DNA of 57,548 nucleotides, counting the filler, from Basidioascus undulatus (taxonomy: Eukaryota), in NCBI GenBank assembly GCA_000826855.1. It is 5 parts of 5 records of this genome, joined end to end, with 100 filler letters (N's around TTAATTAATTAA, not from the genome) between each part and the next. Parts side by side here need not be neighbours in the genome. Positions count along the whole stretch, not along the records: positions 46,123 to 57,548 come from JTLS01001010.1; 4 more parts are not named here. The stretch is one strand, 5' to 3'. Positions 49,858 through 57,548 of this stretch are shown here, one piece after another. Each line of letters opens with the position of its first letter. The first letter of the stretch is position 1. The notes under the pieces were generated by a model, which ran no database searches, was not told where the DNA came from, and saw nothing but the letters and a program-made list of their open reading frames with translations. The translations under genes were made by a program, and so were the position numbers.

Positions 49858-51616
49858 CTACTGCTTCCTTCCGTCCAACGGTGCGTAGCGCGGGCCCTTC
49901 GCGGACCTACGTGCCCAAAGCGCGACGCCCACAACAGTGAGGACGAAGCCAGCGCCGAGGACGTAAGCGGGGACGGTGGAGGGGTGGACGTCGTCGTCGG
50001 CGTGGGCGTCGATGAGGTCGTCGTCGATGTGCGCGGCGGGCATGGATGCGGGTGCAGGAGCAGCAGCATTGTCAGAGTCGGGCTCGTCCTGCGCGGGGGG
50101 CAAGGGGTGGACGCACAACAGGGGAATGGGAATGAGAAATCGGGGATTCCGAAGAGAAGAAGGGGCTTAGAGCTCGACGTGGAATACCTCCTCGACTGGA
50201 AGCTGTTGGTCAGGTGGCGAGAGTGCACGTCGGCGTCAGCGATAACAGTAACAAGGCGACGACCATGCACGAACCTCGCCAGACTTGGCAATGGTAACGG
50301 GCACATCGGGCTTGCCGTTCCGATTCTTCTTGACGTCCTCTGCAGGCCCAACCGAAGCGTGAGCTCAGGGAGTCTGTCGGAGAATGAGCGAAAAGTCGCC
50401 GTACCGACTTTGCGGACGACGTCCATGCCCTCGAGCGTGGTGCCGAAGACGACGTGCTTGCCGTCGAGCCACGGGGTGTCCGCAGTGCAGATGAAGAACT
50501 GCGAGCCGTTGGTGTCGCGGCCGGCGTTCGCCTGGAACAGGAAGCGACTCGTTAGACAGCCTGACTTGAAGGCAATGGAGAGGGCGGAGTGATGGACCAT
50601 GGAAAGTGTGCCAGGGCTAAAAAGCGAGAGCAGCAATCGCGTCAGTGCACATGCGTTTCAGTTTGCATCGAGAACGACTGACCCGGCGTGGCGCAGCTTG
50701 CTAGATTGCGCATTGGGGCTAGTCAGCACAACCGCTTCCAGGCAAAGATCAAGCCATCAACACACAAGTTCTCGTCCTGCACATATACCATCCAGTGTGA
50801 TCAGCGCCGCAGCCACGCAGGAACTCCGACAGAGCACAAACCTCAAACTTGTTGCCGTAGATGCTCTGTTCCAAAAGTCAGCTTCCGACTCGCTGTGAAA
50901 CAGCTGCCCCGCTGAGAACACGTACCTTGCCGCCAGTGCCATCACCGCGGGTCTAGGGTTAAATCAGCATGCAACACAAGGAATTTCGGATTCGCAGGAC
51001 AGACGCACGAAGTCACCGCCCTGGATCACTGTCCGCTGAACGGGTCAGTCAAGTTCGGGGCAGACGATCATAGGTCATAGATGATATACTGAAGTCCTGT
51101 GAGCCAACGAAAGGTCAGCTTCCTTCAAGTCCAGCGCTAGTCTGCGGACGCTGCTTACCTTGATGACACGGTGGAAGGTAGATCCTGCACGGCCCGCCCT
51201 CTATCAGCCCCGCTCCGCTCCTCCAGCGCACCAGATCGCCCGGAGAGCCGCCCCACGCACCCTCGTAGCCGAAACCCTTCTCGCCAGTCGCGAGAGCCCG
51301 GAAGTTCTCGACTGTCTGCCCGTCCCTTCCACGCTCAGTTTCAGTTCCCCACCCTCCTCCCGAGCTGCTATCGCACCTTGGGGACGGTCTTGCCGTACAG
51401 ACCGAGCACAACGCGGCCGAGCTCCTCATCGCCATGCTTGATGTCGAAGTAAACCTACAGTCGCCCACCCAGAACCGCGTTAGGCGGGCTGCCGGGCGTG
51501 CTGCCGAATGGGAGGCGGACCTTGTGCGTGATCGCGGGGCCCTTCGCGGCGGAGACGAAGGTGCAGAGCGCGAGGATGACGGCCAGCAGGGCCGGCAGTA
51601 CCGATTTCGCGAACAT
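49858..51616 (-). CDS. cypB: Secretory-pathway cyclophilin B (peptidyl-prolyl cis-trans isomerase) with two possible C-termini
   Basis: Signal peptide [156 protein letters not shown]...; ends [11 protein letters not shown] (TAA 50169-50167) or splices to a TM exon 50088-49858. Confidence 0.95.
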
Positions 51617-52784
51617 GGCTGAGTGTCGAGGAAGATGATGGGAAAAGGGGAGTGTGGATTCCAAGGACGCGACGTGGATGGCTATCGGGTCTGGGCTTTC
51701 GGAGCGACTGCAATTCTCTTGGCCGATACGTCGCGCAGTCAAGCAGACTACACCTTCTTCTCTTCACGCAGACCTCTCTATGCACGCTTTACCGAAGTCA
51801 ATGTCGCATCTCGAAAGATAAATAAGAGCTGGAAAGCAACTTTCGATTTTGAGTGCGGTAGCCTGCGGGGTCACCGCCTGGCAGCCTGCTGAGCGACTTC
51901 ACGCAGACTCCCATCGTATTGAGGACGCACTAGGTCCTCGATACCATCTGGCGATTATTTCTCTGGAACGCCACATCAGGTTTATCGAGAAATACTTAAA
52001 CATAAGCTGCGACAAGGAACTTGAACCGGACAGCCTCGAAGCGCTCGCAGCCTGGCCTGGGGCCTGATGAAGCAACCGGCATGACCGCCGTGTCAGCCCA
52101 GTCTTCACTCCCGTTGATGCTTTGTATGAATGGATATAGTAAATGGTCTCTGTGGGCTTCTACCATAGACATCCGTGGCTTGCCTCTTAAAATCATAAAG
52201 CAACGGGCTAACGGCAGCCACTACCTCGGATTCCTCCTTTCCAGGCCGTAGCCCCAGCCCAGCGACCGTGGGCCGCAACGTAGGTCCCTTTAAGCCTGCG
52301 TGAGCCAGAATATCTGCTGCAGAATTCAACATTGGCTTCACCGATGGTCTGACAAAGGCATTGTTCTTGGTGAGAGACTTTGTTGGAAGACCAATCGGAC
52401 TAATAACTCGTCGTGCACTCAGGCTGGGGTTCATGGCAGCACCGGCTGACAGGACCACATTTATGAAAGACCTGGTACTCGTTTCTACAAGCCTTCCACG
52501 TTGCTGTATCCCACCCACCCCGCTCTCTTTTCACCTAGGCGCCCAACCTACATTCATTTCTGTGGAAGACGAGTAAGGCGTTGTCGGGCTGCCGGCCCGG
52601 AGCGGCTTATGCTTCTGCCGAGCTCGGCAACAATTAGCGCGTCCCTTCAACAGTTTCTGAATCTCGCACACCATCGACGTTTCTCCTGCCGCCATTGCAG
52701 ATGGTCTTTCTGATGTGAACGTTGCCACACAACTACTCGTCTTGCTCATCGCGCTCAACACGCCGACAGCCGCGCTCTCGGGAG

Positions 52785-55045
52785 ATGGCCGAGATCACAC
52801 AGCCGCCCGCAATGACGGAGGATGAGGATAGTTTGTGGGATAAGGTGATGGATAATCCGTATAATTGGTCGGCTTGTACGTCCTTTCTTAGTGTTCAATT
52901 ATAGGTGTGCGCTCTGAATTGGGCGAGAGAGAGCAGCAGAGAGGTGGACTGCCGTGTTCACTGTCGCTGTCACCGCTCTCGTATCGTACGCACTCCCCTT
53001 TTCAAGTTCCCCAGCGCTCATCTGTACCCGATCATGCCATGCTTACCAGAGGAGTCAATTCCCGGTAACAGGACCCTTGCCTCCTCTCTTCCTATCCCCG
53101 GTCTGGACGAGATGCGCTCCGAACTTAGCGTATCCTCTGCCCAGCTCGGTCTCCTCTCCGCCTCCATCTTCATGCTCGGCGTCGGCGCGGGCCCCTTCCT
53201 CTTCGCACCATGTGCGGAACCTGCTCTGACATTGTTTCCCAATGCGTCCAGTACTGACAGTAGAACCAGTATCCGAAATCTACGGAAGACGTCCCGTGTA
53301 CTTGTCGACGATGTCTATATTCATCTTCACGAACTTGGGCTGCGCGCTGGCGCCATCGTACGCTGCCATCGTCGTCCTTCGCTTCCTGGCAGGCGCGTTC
53401 GGCTCTGCAGGCCCGGGCGGCGTAGGGGTCGCGACGTGCGCGGACCTGTTTCCACTCGAGACGAGGGGGAAGGCGCTGAGCTTCTATAGCATCACGCCGA
53501 TGACTGGGTGAGTACACGGAGCTGGAGCGATCGAGAAGCAGCAGTTGACCCGAAGTGGTGGATGTCAGGCCAGTGAGTCCAGGCGATTGCTTCACTTCAT
53601 CCCTTTGATTGCCATACATACTGACTTACTGCATTCTCGAAGCCTTTCGGTGCTCTGATAGGCAGCTACCTCATCCCCGCAAAGGGCTGGCGATGGGGCT
53701 ACTGGGTCCTGACGATCATGTACGTGTCGTCGCCTCGTCCTCGCCCACGTACTTCCTCTCGCATGCGAGCCCAGCTCATTCCGTCCTCCTCAGCTCGGCC
53801 GCCAACGTGCTACTCCTCTTTACGCTCAGGGAGACGTACCACCCCCTCCTGCGTGCCCGCCTGTACTCCGCCGCGCTGACGCGCAAACAGAAGAGCGTCC
53901 GCGAGGTGCTCAGCACGGCGCTCACGAGACCGCCGAGGATGTTGTTGGGGAATCCAGTTTGTGCGTAAAAACTTTATCTCGCGAGACGGGACATGTGGCT
54001 GATCACGACTGGACGAGCAGGTTTCGTAGCGTGCATATACTGTCCGCCTCGACGCATCACCCCACCGTTCGCCCCACTGACATTCATTATGACAGACGCT
54101 TTCATCTATGCCTGCATCTACCTCATGATCGTGTCGCTGCCGCTGCTGTACAAGCCGCGGCTAGCTTCGACATCCGGTGGACTCTTCACGTACGGGTGGC
54201 CGACGAACTGGGGTCTTGGCTACATCGGAATAAGGTCCGTAGTTTATCAGCCACACTCTGGCTCTGTATTTTATTTGCTCAAACACCATATTTGACAGCA
54301 TCGGAATGACCTTCGGCACTGTCTCGACGGGACTGGCGCAGGATCGGATCTACAAGGTGTGCTATCGCCCCGGGCTCATCGTTTTGCTCAATGACTTAAA
54401 GGTTACTCACTAATGAATATTGCAGTATTTGAGTAGAAGAAACGGCGGGAATGGACGACCTGAGTATAGATTGGTTGTCACGCAGGTGCTAGTCTCTTGA
54501 TTTCGAGCAATGTGAACAGCCTCGTTGACCTGTCTCCCGCAGATCGGAATGATCGTTTTCCCCATCGGGCTATTAGTTTATGGTACAATCTCTCTTCAAA
54601 CATAGCTGTTGCTGTAGCTCAATGATCTCGACGCTGCAGGCCTCACTGCTGAAGCTCAAGCGCACTACTTGCTTTCGCAGCTGGGCACTGTCATCCTCGG
54701 CCTGGGACTCATAGCTGCTTTCACCACCATTCAAGGTGTGTTTCCCTCCACCCTATTTTTACCTCTCTCACGCGCCTCGTTCTTCCCCACTCGCGCCTTA
54801 CCGCCACAGGGTTCCTCGTCGATGCCTTCTCGCCCTTCTCCGCGTCCGCCATCGCCGCCGCCGTCTTTGCGCGCTCCGTTGCGTCCTGCGTGCTTCCCAT
54901 ATTCGGGGCGGAGATATTCAGAAATCTGGGCTGGGGAAAGGCGGTCGGCGTGCTCGCGGGGGCGGCTTGCAGCGTGGTGTGGGCACCGGCGGCGGGGATG
55001 AAGTGGGGGGAACGCTGGAGGGCGAGGTGGAGGTTTGAGGGTTGA
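52785..55045 (+). CDS. Major facilitator superfamily transporter, DHA1 (drug:H+ antiporter) family
   Basis: DNPYNWS, GPFLFAP|VSEIYGRRPVY (motif A), VLRFLAGAFGS (motif B), DLFPLETRGKA, TG|P|PFGALIG (motif C), GWRWGYW, LRETYHPLL, GRPEYRL, FLVDAFSPFSASAIAA; ends KWGERWRARWRFEG*. Confidence 0.92.
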
Positions 55046-55114
55046 ATGGCGGTAGAAATAGATAGTTTTGGGAGAGTTGAATGACCTGCGGCGGGATGTC
55101 AGGTGTGTGTGGAA

Positions 55115-55181
55115 GAGCAGTTGAGTGCCCGGGAGCCGTTGAGTGCCTGAGAGCAGTTGAGTGCTTGACAGTGAGTGCCCG
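55115..55181 (+). repeat. 18-bp tandem repeat, three copies plus a partial (GAGCAGTTGAGTGCCTGA-like)
   Basis: gagcagttgagtgcccgg / gagccgttgagtgcctga / gagcagttgagtgcttga / cagtgagtgcccg read directly, just 3' of the MFS stop. Confidence 0.85.
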
Positions 55182-55772
55182 TTGCTCTCAGGACGCCGTG
55201 TGTGTGCGTGAGTCAGCTTTGGGAGATGGAAATGAACACAGTTTGTGCAATTTTATGGTATTTCTGTCAAGATTTATGACAGAGTCACCAGTCACAGCTA
55301 GGGCAAACTGCACATTGTGCACGTCGTGCCGCAATCGGCTGACAGCGGTAACTCGCCCTCGTTGTCAGTCTCGCCTTGTACGCCGTATAAACTTTCCGAA
55401 GACACACTGAATAATCTCAACAGATTCACCATTTTGGCCCTTGGAGTAGACCGTGCCAGGTATGCACTCTCTAAGAAAGCGAGCATGCGAGGCTTGAGCG
55501 AAGCGGAGATGTTCGTCAGCGGCGACTTGCTTTCGTCACGGGCCACGCTTTGCCAAGTGCCTTTTAAATGGGTCGCAATATACAGTAATAGTAAAGGGCT
55601 TATTGCATTAAGTGGGGCGAGCAGCATTTGGCTGGTTGAAGGTACATGTGCTGAAACCACTCGCATTTGGCCGATGCAACCGCCTGAAGAAAGACACCCG
55701 CTCATTCACATGAATACGGCTTACTTGCTGTACCAAAAGTTAAGATTTACAAAACACCTTGCCCCAACACGG

Positions 55773-57156
55773 AGTGCCTCTGCGCACTACTGCGCGTTTT
55801 GTCCTTCTGCTTTCTACGCCTCCTGGTACGTTCATTCTTCTTCTAGTCGTGCCTTCGCGCCGGCCGTTCTTCTTCTTTCGGGTGCCTTTGAGCACTCTGT
55901 TCTTAAGTCCGCGGGATCCCTCTACCCACTACGGTTCGACCTTTCTGCTTCGGTGCCCCTGCGCACTGCGTTGTTCTTCGTCCCGGGTGCCTCCGTGCAC
56001 TCTGTTCTTCTTCATAAAGGGTGCGTGCTTCTGCGTACTTCTTTCCTATTTCTTTGGACCCCTTGGCCTCTCATCCCAGTGGATTTGTTGCATATTCTTC
56101 ACCCGTTGCTTGTACTGTCTCTAGACACCACCGTTCTTCCTTCCTTCCGTTCATTTTGCGGCGTACTGCTTCCCTTTGCTCTCGCTGCCTCTGGCACAAC
56201 CATGACTCCGTTCCCGCAGCTTTCACCTGGACGCGGCGAGATAACTCCAACCGGCCTCAAGAGATATTCTTTCATTCCCGGTGTCGGTGGGCACTGCGTT
56301 CGTAGTCCTGAGTGTTTTGCGCACTGCGTTCGTTCTCGTCCGAAGTGTCTCTGTGCAGCGATGCTCCTCACTCCTCTCACTTCCTCAAGGTACGTAGTCT
56401 TGACTCTCTTCCCCAGAATTCATCGCGACGCTGCGATCTTCCGTCAATTTATCGCAAGATTTTCTCGTACCCTTGTCCGTACATATGCACATTCACATCC
56501 TCTTTCCGGATGCCTGTGCGCACGGCATTCCTATGCATTCCAAGTTCCTCGGTGCACACTTCCTGGACGTTCGTTTTCTGAATCTTAACCCATTGCCTGG
56601 ACTCGTTTCTCACAGATTTCGCCAATACGCTCGCTGCGAGGGTCCTTCGACAGCCCGCAAGAGATTTTGTTTTCTCATTACGGTGCCTCTGCGCACTGCT
56701 TCCCTTTGCCATCTCTTCTGTATGGATCAAAAAATTTTTTGCACATATTTTACCCTCACGCTGCAAGCGTCCCTCAATCGGTCGCAAGAGGTACTCTTTC
56801 AGCAATCGTAATGCCCCGGCGCACTCCCTTCTGCGTCTTCCATGCGTGTCTGTACATTTTTGTCATTGTCGCTCAGACTCATTGTCGCTCGAATTCTTAC
56901 TCATGTCATTGCCTACTATTGTATACTTTCCTTTTGGTGTCGTTTCTCCGGGAACCAGCGTCCTACATTCTATCCTTCCCCTCCGCGCCATCACCCACTG
57001 CTCCTCCTCTCTTGAGCTGCTTCTAGACCAATAATACGAATATGGACCCCTCCTTTATTCACACCCTCTACATCTTACTGTACAGGTACCTACCCTAGGC
57101 AAGAGCATGGGGTTTCTCTAGGAAGACTATTCAACTTTCAAGTGCCTCTGCGCACG
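55773..57156. repeat. Interspersed array of ~16-bp imperfect palindromes, consensus RGTGCCTCTGCGCACT
   Basis: Copies starting at about 55773, 55881, 55952, 55986, 56024, 56280, 56311, 56344, 56509, 56543, 56682, 56810, 57141; same orientation; non-identical pyrimidine-rich spacers. Confidence 0.75.
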
Positions 57157-57548
57157 TCATTCTTCTCCAAGGAGCGCATTTCTGACTTGCGTGATCGAGC
57201 ACCCACCCCAATATTTTCTTCAATTAGTTCCACCTGTCCCACTGGTGGTAGATTTTAGGCCGTCCATCTTTTCATACATTTGTCCAGCGGCGCCGCACTG
57301 CAGCTCCTTAGTACTATTCCTGCCTCGAGCGACTCGGGCTCTCTATTCCGTCTATTACTCCGTCCTCGGCATTCCACGCCTTTGTTATTTGATTGCATGT
57401 TAGATTTCTTAAACAGGCACATAGCATATTGAAGATTATAGTGGGATATGCCGGTTCCTCGCTTCGCCGTCGATGCAAGCTGAGTGAACCGTGCAGGGGA
57501 GTAACTTCGATGTAGATGCAGCAGTACCAGCTTCCACCATTTTATACA

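Noticed and set aside
55317..56588. 423-aa ORF across the repeat array
   Set aside because: No ATG at the listed start, Leu/Ser/Phe/Pro-rich translation explained by the C/T-skewed strand lacking stops, and no recognisable domain.
55773..57156. CRISPR array call
   Set aside because: Eukaryotic context, short degenerate repeats, irregular spacing and no cas genes; reported as a generic repeat array instead.

Overview
Intron-rich fungal DNA, most likely a basidiomycete (inferred from gene content and short GT-AG introns). It is not one continuous locus. Four identical 100-bp linkers (N-run, TTAATTAATTAA, N-run) join five pieces of near-identical, descending length (>=11415, 11446, 11433, 11428, 11426 bp). 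This looks like size-sorted contigs concatenated together, so adjacency across linkers is not biological. Piece 1: a large C1-domain protein (UNC-79-like by recollection; 3'-truncated), XAP5/FAM50, a P450 pseudogene fragment, a DUF6533-type membrane protein and an F-box-like relic. Piece 2: CNOT11-like (partial), divergent from an SHPRH/Irc20-like SNF2-RING gene. Piece 3: a complete DNMT5 (chromodomain, C5 methyltransferase, SNF2 ATPase, reduced RING) and the 3' end of an EXS/ERD1-like gene. Piece 4: a clade-D-like beta-carbonic anhydrase pseudogene, and trifunctional TRP1/trpC flanked by two decayed paralogous F-box-like genes. Piece 5: an F-box gene with a frameshifted motif, a cyclophilin B, a DHA1 MFS transporter and a terminal array of short palindromic repeats. 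Best leads: (1) a cyclophilin B last intron whose retention gives a soluble ER form ending HVEL and whose splicing gives a type-I membrane form with a YxxL tail; (2) an array of about 12 palindromic 16-bp repeats with non-identical spacers; (3) the DNMT5 architecture; (4) obligatory microexons as short as 4 nt.
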